The notes under the pieces: model-generated
Databases searched by the model: none
Seen by the model: only the letters and a program-made list of their open reading frames with translations
Told to the model about the DNA's origin: nothing
Part shown: one piece after another, positions 7,199-16,004 of the stretch
How positions within the stretch are numbered: the first letter of the stretch is position 1
Layout: each line of letters starts with the position of its first letter
Assembly (NCBI RefSeq): GCF_000828575.1
Contig: NZ_AP011952.1
Span: 433,065-465,064 of the forward strand
DNA: 32,000 nt
Direction: 5' to 3'
Source of the DNA: Methanothermobacter sp. CaT2
GTDB taxonomy: Archaea; Methanobacteriota; Methanobacteria; Methanobacteriales; Methanothermobacteraceae
Program-made: the position numbers and the translations under genes

Positions 7199-7885
7199 AT
7201 GGTTGATGTGTGCGGTGTTAATGGATACGATGAGATCTCAGGAAAACTGAAGGACCTCCTGGGGCTTGAAAAATCCCCGGTGGCAATTAAACTCGTTCTG
7301 AGGGAGGATGACCTCCCTGAGGGTGTTGAAAAGATAGGAAAACCAGCAAGGCACTGTGAAATGGTCCAGATGGCTGCAGCTGGTGAGGTATTCTATGCCA
7401 CCGCAGAGGCCCAGGCATGCAAGGGAGGTGCCGATGCCCTCGGAATCGATGAGGCCCCTGAGAAGGTCAAAACAGGAGAGTTCTACTATGACCTTGGACG
7501 TTTTGCAAGCTTTGCATCAGCCAAGAGGACCTTCGATAGGATACCATCCGTTGACCTCAGGTTCTATGCAGCAGTCTACGCTCCCCTCGAGAAGGCCACA
7601 TTCGACCCTGACGTCATAGTGATAATCTGCAACCCTGCCCAGGCCATGAAGATCTCACAGGCCCTCGTATACACCCTCGGTGGCCGTGTGGAGGCAGACT
7701 TCTCAGGCATTCAGTCCCTCTGTGCAGATGCCGTTGCAGGGCCATACATGAGGAAGAGACCCAACATAACCATGGGATGCAGCGGATCAAGGCAGTACGC
7801 GGGTGTGCGGGACGATGAACTCATTGTCGGTCTTAACGGTGAAAACATAGGATGTGTCCTTAACGCCCTTGAGGCCATAAGCTAG
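7199..7885 (+). CDS. DUF169-family protein
   Basis: SPVAIKLV near the N-terminus, CEMVQMAAAGEVFYATAEAQACKGG, and a ~230 aa length resemble DUF169 proteins of methanogens. Confidence 0.5.
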   Translation: MVDVCGVNGYDEISGKLKDLLGLEKSPVAIKLVLREDDLPEGVEKIGKPARHCEMVQMAAAGEVFYATAEAQACKGGADALGIDEAPEKVKTGEFYYDLGRFASFASAKRTFDRIPSVDLRFYAAVYAPLEKATFDPDVIVIICNPAQAMKISQALVYTLGGRVEADFSGIQSLCADAVAGPYMRKRPNITMGCSGSRQYAGVRDDELIVGLNGENIGCVLNALEAIS

Positions 7886-7905
7886 ACCATCATGGGGGTG
7901 ATAAA

Positions 7906-8115
7906 GTGGTTGAGACGAAGACCTTCAGGATCCTTGAGGATGTTGCCGACCTTGAGGAGAAGATAAAGAAGTATGAGGGTGAGGCAGACCAGGAACTTGT
8001 GATCAACTGGATCTACGACACCCTTGAGATCCTCAGGAACGTCGGTAAACTCCTCGAGGAGGTTGAGGACCGTCTGGATCTACTTGAAGAGGAGACCGAG
8101 GAAAAGAAATTCTAG
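7906..8115 (+). CDS. Small acidic coiled-coil protein (69 aa), function unknown
   Basis: GTG start preceded by gggggtga. Glu/Leu-rich heptad-like sequence. Confidence 0.4.
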   Translation: MVETKTFRILEDVADLEEKIKKYEGEADQELVINWIYDTLEILRNVGKLLEEVEDRLDLLEEETEEKKF

Positions 8116-8130
8116 GTCTCCACCTTTCTA

Positions 8131-8136
8131 TTTTTT
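8131..8136 (+). terminator. T6 tract after the 7007-8115 operon
   Basis: tttttt lies 16 nt after stop 8115, in a convergent intergenic region. Confidence 0.3.
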
Positions 8137-8197
8137 CTGGGGAATGAAGAATAACTCCAGTTTTTCCATAATACCGCTGTTCTGGTGAAGGATAACC

Positions 8198-8863
8198 CTA
8201 ATTTCCATCAGCATTGGTCCTGAGAAAATGGTCTCTTATCCTCAGGTAGTCACTGTAATGGTTTATGTTCACAAGCTCAATGGGGCGAGAGGCCTCCACA
8301 CCATAGAGCCTCACACCGTCCTCCAGCATCATCCAGAGGAGGGGGTTTATGTTGCCATCCCCAAGGGGCAGGTAATCCCTGAGGAGATCGGCACCTGCTG
8401 CAAGGGGCATGCCGATCCCCCGGGCATTATCAAGCCAGCCACTCTCACCCCTCGCAAGGATTGAAACCGTGGACCCATCAGCATGTTCAGCTATCCTCCT
8501 GAGGGTTGCAGGTGATACCGCAGGCTGGTCCCCTGCGGCACAGAGGATTATGTCCCCCCCTGCGGCCCTCACACCCCTCAGTAGTGACGCTGACAGGGGA
8601 ACATCCACGGGGTCGTTTCTCACCACACGGACATCCATGCCTGAGAGGGCCTCCTCAACCTCCCCTGCCCTGTGGCCGGTCACGACTATGCACTCATCAA
8701 CCCCCGCCGAGAGGACAGCCTTAACTGTGGCCTCTATGACGGTCACCCCATTGAGGGGGAGCAGGAGTTTGTGGACCGGTTCGAGGCCAAGTTCAGCCAT
8801 ATCCCGCATCATCCTGCTTCCCCTGCCGGCTGCAGCAACAACAGCTGAGATCACATTACCCAC
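8198..8863 (-). CDS. MobA/MocA-like nucleotidyltransferase (NTP_transf_3 type)
   Basis: N-terminal AVVAAAGRGSRM nucleotide-binding loop and LCAAGDQPAVSPATL motif, typical of the MobA/MocA family. The GTG start directly abuts the TAG stop of the upstream gene. Confidence 0.65.
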   Translation of the reverse strand: MGNVISAVVAAAGRGSRMMRDMAELGLEPVHKLLLPLNGVTVIEATVKAVLSAGVDECIVVTGHRAGEVEEALSGMDVRVVRNDPVDVPLSASLLRGVRAAGGDIILCAAGDQPAVSPATLRRIAEHADGSTVSILARGESGWLDNARGIGMPLAAGADLLRDYLPLGDGNINPLLWMMLEDGVRLYGVEASRPIELVNINHYSDYLRIRDHFLRTNADGN

Positions 8864-10033
8864 CTATGCCGGTTCAAGCCTGTATAGCCTGGCGTATATC
8901 CTTGTATTGGCACCTGAACCTGTTGTCCACATCTCTATGAGTACCGGGTATTTCCCTGTGTTCCTGACCCTTATACCTGTTGCCGGGTTGAAGCCGAAGA
9001 GTACCGCATGGAACTCCCAGGTCATACCCCGCGGGAGGGGCATGCCAGCCGAGGTCACGATGGCCCTCAGGGCCCTTGCAGGTGGGCATGAACCATGGGA
9101 TGCATAACCTCCAGGGGCTTCAGGGTCCCTTGATGCTGTGAATCTCACGGTCTCCTTACCCGAGGCCTCACTGCCAGGCGGGATTATGGTCCCGTTCCAT
9201 GCTGAGGCGAAGGCCCTCGCATTGAAGGCCCTCCTGTTATCATCGTACTGGGGGTAGGATCCAAGGTAACTCACTGCACTGGATACAAGGGACCTCCTGC
9301 TGTTATCGATGTAGACCATCACAGGTGAACCAGAGGGGTAGTTCTCCATGTACTCAAGCACGGTATCGCCAAAGAGTTTCTCTATCATCCCTGGAGGTAC
9401 AGGGAGCCTTCCGTCGCTGAAGTTTGAGAGCTGGTAGTCCAGCGCAATCCTGTCGCCCTCATCGGCCCTCCTGTACCATCTCTTTATCCTCTCAATGGAT
9501 CTGTACCGGTGGGGGACTGTGCTGTTGCTTATGCTCCCTGCCGGTACAAAACGGACCCTTTTTCCATTTTCAACTATCTCCACACCATCCTTCCTTTTAA
9601 CCCCGTAGGTGTAGGGTGTCTTGTAGGCCCAGAGGAAGGTGGGGGGCTCCTCCACCACGAGCCTCTCCCCCTGCACCCTGAGGGACCCCGGACCGCTGAC
9701 GGCGGACCTGCCACTTGCATCCACACCCTCTGTCATCTCGGATATGGGGACATGAACGGCTCCTGTCAGCACGGCCTGGAGGAGGTTTGATGGGTTGAAG
9801 TAGTTGAATTCGTCAAGGATGTAGTCAGGGTGCAGCATGATGGGCACGCTCCTCACCCTGGACTCGTCGATGACGTCCTGGCCCTCAAGTACTGTACTGC
9901 CCAGGGGCAGGGCCGCTATCTCCACAGGGTTCTGGGGTTCAACCGTTCCCTCAAGGTACCGGCCGCCAGCCGCTGCAGCTGCAACCAGAATTATTAAAAT
10001 GATGACGTGTTTACCTGATAGACTCCTCAGCAT
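8864..10033 (-). CDS. N-terminally membrane-anchored extracytoplasmic protein; the C-terminal region is possibly VanW-like
   Basis: TM helix HVIILIILVAAAAAGG. The C-terminal GTIIPPGSEASGKETV...GGYASHGSCPPARALRAIVTSAGMPL...IRVRNTGKYPVLIEMWTTGSG...IYARLYRL loosely follows the VanW-domain pattern. The start overlaps the upstream ligase gene by 23 nt. Confidence 0.4.
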   Translation of the reverse strand: MLRSLSGKHVIILIILVAAAAAGGRYLEGTVEPQNPVEIAALPLGSTVLEGQDVIDESRVRSVPIMLHPDYILDEFNYFNPSNLLQAVLTGAVHVPISEMTEGVDASGRSAVSGPGSLRVQGERLVVEEPPTFLWAYKTPYTYGVKRKDGVEIVENGKRVRFVPAGSISNSTVPHRYRSIERIKRWYRRADEGDRIALDYQLSNFSDGRLPVPPGMIEKLFGDTVLEYMENYPSGSPVMVYIDNSRRSLVSSAVSYLGSYPQYDDNRRAFNARAFASAWNGTIIPPGSEASGKETVRFTASRDPEAPGGYASHGSCPPARALRAIVTSAGMPLPRGMTWEFHAVLFGFNPATGIRVRNTGKYPVLIEMWTTGSGANTRIYARLYRLEPA

Positions 10034-13001
10034 ACCTGTATCCCCCCTCTCCTATTATGAGCACCGTGTCATCAGGTCCTGCAAGTTCAAGGGCCTTCCT
10101 GACGGCCTCAGCTACCTGCTCCCTGCTGGCACCCAGGGTGCCTCCACCGGCCCTCATCCTGCTGGACCCTATGTGGACCGCTCTCTCTCCAAGGATGTCT
10201 GAGGCCCTCCTGGCGGCGTAGGATGCTGGTATGACCACATCCGCATCCTTGAGGATCGCTGCAATCTCCCTGTCCCCATCGATCCCGCTCTCAGATGCCA
10301 CGGTGTTGACCACTATGAGTCTGCCCTTTCCCCTGAGGTCCTGCATCACTGCCCTGACACCTGCAGGGTTGTGGGCGTAGTCCAGGATTATCCTGGGCGA
10401 CTCTGAGAGTTCCTGGAACCTCCCCGGGACGCCTTTGAATGATTCCAGACCCCGGACTATGTCATCAATTTCCAGTCCCATGGTCCATGCGGTTGCAGCT
10501 GCCGCCAAGGCGTTGTAGACATTGAATATCCCGGGGGTTGCAAGCCTTACCTCCCTCATCTCCTGACCGATTACGAGCTTGAAGCCCCCGGGGGATGCCT
10601 CGATGGCCATGACATCTGGCTGGGGTCTCAGGTACCCGCAGATGCACTGGTAGTCGCCGAGGTGCCCCATGGTTCTCCTGGTGTACCTGAGGGGCTTCCC
10701 GCACTTGGGGCACTCCCTGCCCTCAGGCACCACGCCACCGGATTCAGAGCTCTGTATGCCATAGAACACAACCCTCTCACGGGGGAGTCCGTCTGCAAGG
10801 GAGGCTACAATGGGGTCATCTGCATTCAGGACAAGGTCCTCTGCAACCTCCACCATTTCACCCTTGCATTCAATGTAGTCAGAGAATCTCCGCCCAGCTG
10901 AGAGGTGGTCCCTTGATATGTTTGTTATAACACCCACCGAGACACCTGAGAGCATCGCGGAGCTTCTTATCTCCCCCCTCCTGCCGAAGGTACCTATCTC
11001 AACGACGGCGACGTCACCCGGCAGCCTTGCCTGGAGGGCAGGTACAAGTTCAGTGTTTCCCTGGATGTTCAGGTGGTGCTCCGGGACCCTCATACCTGCA
11101 ACCCGCATTATGGATTTGAGCATGCCAGTGGTTGTTGTTTTCCCGTTTGTCCCTGTAACACCCACCACCGGTTTATCCACAGGGCACATGTTGAGTACGT
11201 CCTCAACACCTATGACGTCGGCGTCAAGACCACCTATGAGGTCAAGGATCTTCCGGTTATTCTCAAGGGCAGGTGTTATGGCCACCGTCCTCGCCCTCCT
11301 GAGTATCTCAGGGTCATGTCCGCCTAGGTCGAGGTGTATGCCCTCCTCCCTCAGCACATCCACCAGGGGCGTGTCCTCCCGGAGATCCGAGACCACGACC
11401 CTGTGGCCCCGGGCCCTGAGGTTTCTTGCCATCAGGCTTCCGACGTTCCCCAGACCCCCAAGGACGACCACACAGTCCTCCATGGATTTCAGGGCCTCCT
11501 CGATGTCGGACCTTACATTTTCGTAGGCGTTGACAACCCCGGGGCCTATGTGAAGGATGGTGTCCCCTGGCTCCGCGATCTCAAGGGCCCTCCTTATGCT
11601 GTCGTATACGCTCTCAGTCTTTATGGTCCTCTCCTCGCCGGCGCCCCTCGCCACCTCATCGGCGGCCTCCATGTCTGTGACGCCTGTTGTCTCGTTCTTT
11701 GCACTTACGATGATGGTGTCGGCCCTCTCAGCCAGCACCCTCCCTATCCTTTCCTTGTCCCTCACCGTGAGGGTGTCAGGGTTGTCGAGGCTCACTATGA
11801 GTCTGCCCTGGAACTCCATGCCCTCGAAGAGTTTCTCCATGCTCTCGGGGTTATGGGCTGCGTCCATGTATACTCTGACACCGTCAACCTCGTCTATGAA
11901 CTCGAATCTGCCCCTTATGCCCCTGAAGTCCTCGATACTCCTCTTAATGTCCTCCATGTCGAATCCGAGTATGAGTGCGACGGTTATGGCTGCGAGGGCA
12001 TTTTCAATGTTGAATATGCCCGGGACCCTGAGGTTTATCCTCTCCCTCAGGGGCCCCACAGAGACGGCCCCATCATGTTCCCTGCAGTTGAGGGCTCCGC
12101 AGGTGCTGCAGATGGCTGTCTTTATCTCTGATACATTGAGGGTGAAGGTGGATCCTGCAAGTCCCCTCAGCTCTATATCGGAGGCCCTGACATGGATACT
12201 GGCTGAGCCAGTGAATCTCCTTCCCATGAATTCAACGGTCCTCCTCTCGCCCACACCATAGACCACCCTTTGCACTTCAAGGTCGTCCAGGAGGCTCGAT
12301 ATGACCGGGTCATCACCACATAGTGCCAGAACTCCGCCAGGAGCCATGAGGTCCTTTATTGAGAAGTTCCTCTCAATGTACTCATCGTAGTTACTGAATT
12401 CGTCCATGTGATCCGGTGTGAGGTTTGTCACAACCCCTGCTGAGAGTTCAAGGCCCTCAGCCATCCTTATCGTCCCGTGGGGGAGTTCAAACACTGCAAG
12501 ATCCCTGTCGTCGATATCCCCATTTACCACAAGTTCCACGAGGCCCTCTATCACCAGTGAATCCTGGAGTGATGAGAATGATACTGTCCTGTAACGTGAG
12601 GAGAGGATGTGGTCTATCATGTTGGTTGTCGTGGTCTTCCCATCGGTTCCCGCAACTCCGACCATTGGGAGCCCTATGAGTTCGTTGAGGGTCCTCCCTA
12701 TATCAGAGGTTGTTATGTGGACCAGGTCCCCTGCTTCCCTTACCATTTTACGTACCGGTGCGTCCTGGGGGATGTTGGGTGATATGAAAACAGCGTCAGC
12801 CCAGAGTATGTCCTCCATGCTGTGACCCCCGAACCTGAACATCACGCCCTCATCCTCCATCTCAGCTATCCTCTTCTGGGCCTTCAGGGGTAGTTCATGG
12901 AGTTCCCTGACGTCGTTCACAAGTACCCTGTTGTTCAGGTGGTTGAGCAATCTCGCTGCGGGTCTACCTGCGTTTCCAGCTCCAATCACAAGCACTTTCA
13001 T
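10011..13001 (-). CDS. Tandem double Mur-ligase-family protein (two complete MurD/MurT-like modules in one polypeptide); probable pseudomurein peptide ligase
   Basis: Two Rossmann starts (KVLVIGAGNAG; VVVLGGLGNVG). Two P-loops (GVAGTDGKTTTT at 12624-12659; GVTGTNGKTTTT at 11127-11162). Two PGIFN..NALAA and D.AHNP motifs. Cys4 ribbon CPKCG...CIC at 10638-10712. The ORF track starts at TTG 13013; ATG 13001 (MKVLVIGAG) is preferred. Confidence 0.75.
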   Translation of the reverse strand: MKVLVIGAGNAGRPAARLLNHLNNRVLVNDVRELHELPLKAQKRIAEMEDEGVMFRFGGHSMEDILWADAVFISPNIPQDAPVRKMVREAGDLVHITTSDIGRTLNELIGLPMVGVAGTDGKTTTTNMIDHILSSRYRTVSFSSLQDSLVIEGLVELVVNGDIDDRDLAVFELPHGTIRMAEGLELSAGVVTNLTPDHMDEFSNYDEYIERNFSIKDLMAPGGVLALCGDDPVISSLLDDLEVQRVVYGVGERRTVEFMGRRFTGSASIHVRASDIELRGLAGSTFTLNVSEIKTAICSTCGALNCREHDGAVSVGPLRERINLRVPGIFNIENALAAITVALILGFDMEDIKRSIEDFRGIRGRFEFIDEVDGVRVYMDAAHNPESMEKLFEGMEFQGRLIVSLDNPDTLTVRDKERIGRVLAERADTIIVSAKNETTGVTDMEAADEVARGAGEERTIKTESVYDSIRRALEIAEPGDTILHIGPGVVNAYENVRSDIEEALKSMEDCVVVLGGLGNVGSLMARNLRARGHRVVVSDLREDTPLVDVLREEGIHLDLGGHDPEILRRARTVAITPALENNRKILDLIGGLDADVIGVEDVLNMCPVDKPVVGVTGTNGKTTTTGMLKSIMRVAGMRVPEHHLNIQGNTELVPALQARLPGDVAVVEIGTFGRRGEIRSSAMLSGVSVGVITNISRDHLSAGRRFSDYIECKGEMVEVAEDLVLNADDPIVASLADGLPRERVVFYGIQSSESGGVVPEGRECPKCGKPLRYTRRTMGHLGDYQCICGYLRPQPDVMAIEASPGGFKLVIGQEMREVRLATPGIFNVYNALAAAATAWTMGLEIDDIVRGLESFKGVPGRFQELSESPRIILDYAHNPAGVRAVMQDLRGKGRLIVVNTVASESGIDGDREIAAILKDADVVIPASYAARRASDILGERAVHIGSSRMRAGGGTLGASREQVAEAVRKALELAGPDDTVLIIGEGGYRYAEESIR

Positions 13002-13304
13002 GTTCCTGATCAATTAAATGCACCCATAAACGTTTTTATTAAACACGCGTTCCTTCCTGATTAATCTGTAAATAAGAGTCACCTGATGGCACCCGTCCTG
13101 ACCGAGGTAGTGGGTGTACCTCTCTGATCATCCTGTGGAATATCTACCAGAGGCAGTCTACCCAAAGATTCTCACCCGGGAGGATATGTATCCACCCATA
13201 GACACTCTACCTATAAAGATATGTTCCCATCCTATATAGCTATCAGATCCCGGGTCAGGCATCTGGCTCAGTAATCCATGAGCTCCTGGAGAGTCAGAGG
13301 TGAT

Positions 13305-14519
13305 CTAGAGACAGGATGCAAGACCCTCAAGTTCCTCCTGGACCCGGATTATCACATCCTGACCGTTACCGGCCACAAGTATCCTCCTGTACTCCCTGGA
13401 GAACTCCCTGACCATTTCAGGGATATCCCCCGGGTCATGGACAGTCAGGATCTCTGATGGAATCCTGAGGCTCTTAAGGTGCTCAAGGGCCATGTCAACT
13501 GTATCATCGAGGCCCGGGAAGAGTACCAGGATTTCGGGTGGAGACTCTGCGATTTCATCAAGAATCCCCAGGCGCCACTCCTCTGATCTTCGTGGTGTGC
13601 CAAGGAATATGACATCAAAATTAGATTCCCTGAGCAGTGCCCTCATGGCGTGGGGGTTATCGGTTTTACCTGCAACTACCAGTGCATCGTTTACACTGAA
13701 GGACCTTATACGGCCAGCCACCGGTCTGAATACTGAGAGGTGCCTGGAGATGACTTCTGAGGGTACCCCGAGGAATTCCAGTGCCTCTGCAGCGGCCCCA
13801 GCGTTGAGCCTGTTGAACTCCCCCTCCAGGACGAGTTCGCCCCTGTAGGGGGTGTACTCCATGACACTGCTGGCCCCTGATGTTAGTTCCTCCAGGTGGG
13901 GTTCATCTGCAGAGATCACCACAGCCCTGCCCTCCAGGAAGCTGGCCACTGATTCCCTGTAGTTCTCCATGGAGCCATGGAAGTTCAGGTGGTCCTCGCC
14001 GAGGTTTGTGATGACGGCCAGATCAATATCGAAGCACTCAGATGCGAATTCAAGGGTCATGTCGCAGACCTCAACCACGATGTAATCGAATTCCTCCTCA
14101 GCTGCCCTCAGGATTACCTCTGTGTATCCATCAAAGCCTCCCCCGGCGTTTCCACCGAGAAGGACCCTCCAGCCTGAACTCTCCAGTACATGTGCTATCA
14201 TTGACGCCGTCGTGGTCTTCCCGTTGGTCCCTGTAACTGCAACGGTGACAGGGACCCTGTGCCCCCTGAGTACCCTGCAGAGAAGCCTGTCACTGAAGCT
14301 CTCCCAGAGCCCCGTGCCAAAGATCGAGGGGCTCAGCACCACAGCATCCGATGATGCTATCCTTTCGGTGTCATGGAAGCCCAGGTCAACGTCCACACCC
14401 TCGAGGTTCAGATCAATGTCTGCCCTTATATCACTGGCGTATACCCTGTGTCCCCTCCTCCTGAGGGATTCAACAGCCTTTAAACCCTCAGCTCCAAGTC
14501 CCAGAACCGCAACCTTCAT
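13305..14519 (-). CDS. Mur-ligase-family protein (MurD-like, 404 aa); probable pseudomurein peptide ligase
   Basis: MKVAVLGLGAEG Rossmann start, P-loop VAVTGTNGKTTT, ITNLGEDHL motif, and RBS ggtga upstream. Confidence 0.7.
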   Translation of the reverse strand: MKVAVLGLGAEGLKAVESLRRRGHRVYASDIRADIDLNLEGVDVDLGFHDTERIASSDAVVLSPSIFGTGLWESFSDRLLCRVLRGHRVPVTVAVTGTNGKTTTASMIAHVLESSGWRVLLGGNAGGGFDGYTEVILRAAEEEFDYIVVEVCDMTLEFASECFDIDLAVITNLGEDHLNFHGSMENYRESVASFLEGRAVVISADEPHLEELTSGASSVMEYTPYRGELVLEGEFNRLNAGAAAEALEFLGVPSEVISRHLSVFRPVAGRIRSFSVNDALVVAGKTDNPHAMRALLRESNFDVIFLGTPRRSEEWRLGILDEIAESPPEILVLFPGLDDTVDMALEHLKSLRIPSEILTVHDPGDIPEMVREFSREYRRILVAGNGQDVIIRVQEELEGLASCL

Positions 14520-14547
14520 TGATTCACCGTTAACTGCTCTTTAAGGA

Positions 14548-14823
14548 TCATTTCTCATCCTTTTCATCAGATGCTCCCTGCTCCTCTTCATTTTCTTCAT
14601 CATCGGAGATTCCGTACTCCTCCTTGAGCTGGGCTATTAGATCCTCATTCATGGATACCTCTGGTACCACAGCCTTTTCATCCTCGCTGGCTCCCCTTTT
14701 CCTTCCTATGGAAACAATCAGTACAACTATAACTGCAATGGCCGCTATAACGGCTGCAACGGTTATCAGAACATCAATGCCTATTGCTGGAGTCTCTGTG
14801 CCGGCGCCGGGTCCCATGGTCAC
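14548..14823 (-). CDS. Small single-pass membrane protein with a highly acidic C-terminal tail
   Basis: TM helix VLITVAAVIAAIAVIVVLIVSIG, then a D/E-rich tail. The start is GTG 14823 or ATG 14817 (RBS gaggtg). Confidence 0.45.
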   Translation of the reverse strand: MTMGPGAGTETPAIGIDVLITVAAVIAAIAVIVVLIVSIGRKRGASEDEKAVVPEVSMNEDLIAQLKEEYGISDDEENEEEQGASDEKDEK

Positions 14824-14830
14824 ACCTCAA

Positions 14831-14859
14831 TTTTATATAAATAATCATACAATATATAT
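14831..14859. promoter_or_regulatory. Two TATA-like boxes in the 41-bp divergent intergenic region
   Basis: ttttatataaat (14831-14842) lies ~25-34 nt upstream of ATG 14865. aatatatat (14851-14859) read on the minus strand lies ~30-40 nt upstream of the 14817/14823 start. Confidence 0.35.
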
Positions 14860-14864
14860 CTTAC

Positions 14865-15428
14865 ATGATAATCAAGGATTTAAGGGGACAGGGTGGTGCT
14901 GAGTACATACTCCTTTTTGCGGCCATAATAGTGATAGCCGTTGCAGCTCTCTACATATACAGCTCCTACTTCAGGTTTTCAGGGAACGAGGCCGTTGATG
15001 TTAAACTCACCATAACAAATATCGGTCCATCCAAGAGCAAGTTCATCTATGAGGCCAACAACACCACCGGCGGCGGAAGCAGACACATAGTATCCGGGGA
15101 TCCAGGTAACAGGTTCTTCCTTCTCCAGCCCGGTGCAAGCCGTACCTTCAACCTTGGAAGGATGAGTGGAGGTACGAGCTTCACCATAGAGGGAGGAGTC
15201 GGAGACCCCAAAGGCGGAACAGATGACCTCAAGGGTATAGGGCAGAGGGGCCGGTGGACGCTGAAAATAGGCAACCAGAGCTACTCATGGGTTATAAGCG
15301 GACCATATGATTACCGCAGGAACCCCACCGGTAGCGTGCTGATGTCATTCTCCATAAGCGGAGGTGGAGGTTCACCCTTCAAATTCACCAGCGACCAGGT
15401 CAAGGTGAGGGGAAACGTGTCAGGATGA
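14865..15428 (+). CDS. Class III signal peptide (archaeal type IV pilin-like) protein
   Basis: The N-terminus [32 protein letters not shown] has the K/R-G-Q...E..LL prepilin-peptidase-type motif followed by a hydrophobic helix. The remainder is Gly/Ser/Thr-rich and looks beta-rich. Confidence 0.6.
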   Translation: MIIKDLRGQGGAEYILLFAAIIVIAVAALYIYSSYFRFSGNEAVDVKLTITNIGPSKSKFIYEANNTTGGGSRHIVSGDPGNRFFLLQPGASRTFNLGRMSGGTSFTIEGGVGDPKGGTDDLKGIGQRGRWTLKIGNQSYSWVISGPYDYRRNPTGSVLMSFSISGGGGSPFKFTSDQVKVRGNVSG

Positions 15429-15490
15429 GCACCTAAACTGAAAACCCATGGCTAAATGCCGCGGGGAATCAGGATGAAAACCTTCAAGGG

Positions 15491-16000
15491 GTGATGTGTT
15501 TGAGCAGATATGAGAAGGCGACCTTCGGGGCCGGATGCTTCTGGGGGGTCGAGGACGCCTTCAGAAAGGTTGATGGTGTTGTATCAACCCGTGTGGGATA
15601 CATGGGGGGTCACCTTGAGAACCCCACATATGAGGATGTCTGCACCGGTCTTACAGGACACGCAGAGGTGGTTGAGGTAACCTTTGACCCTGATGTTGTG
15701 GGTTACAGCGACCTCCTTGATGTATTCTGGAGCATACATGACCCGACGACCCTCAACAGGCAGGGCCCGGATGTGGGAGAGCAGTACCGCTCGGTCATAT
15801 TCTACCACAGCGATGAGCAGCGAAGGGCTGCCATTGAGTCAAGAAGGAGACTTGAGGAGTCTGGAAGGTTCAGAGACAGGATAGTTACAGCCATTGAACC
15901 AGCAGGGACCTTTTATGAGGCCGAGGAGTACCACCAGCAGTACCTTGAGAAGAACCCCCGGAGGAGATGCTACCTCATGAGACTACTCTCAACGAGGTGA
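15491..16000 (+). CDS. msrA: Peptide-methionine (S)-S-oxide reductase
   Basis: Catalytic GAGCFWGVE motif, plus [21 protein letters not shown] and EYHQQYL. The start is GTG 15491 or ATG 15494. Confidence 0.9.
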   Translation: MMCLSRYEKATFGAGCFWGVEDAFRKVDGVVSTRVGYMGGHLENPTYEDVCTGLTGHAEVVEVTFDPDVVGYSDLLDVFWSIHDPTTLNRQGPDVGEQYRSVIFYHSDEQRRAAIESRRRLEESGRFRDRIVTAIEPAGTFYEAEEYHQQYLEKNPRRRCYLMRLLSTR

Positions 16001-16004
16001 TCCA

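Noticed and set aside
8409-14544. Many long plus-strand ORFs (e.g. 8409-9107, 10918-11526, 11334-12131, 11557-12261, 13492-13848, 14122-14544) opposite the Mur-ligase cluster
   Set aside because: All are antisense to motif-rich minus-strand genes. They are Ser/Pro/Arg/Thr-rich, mutually overlapping in different frames and lack RBSs. They are shadow frames of GC-rich coding sequence.
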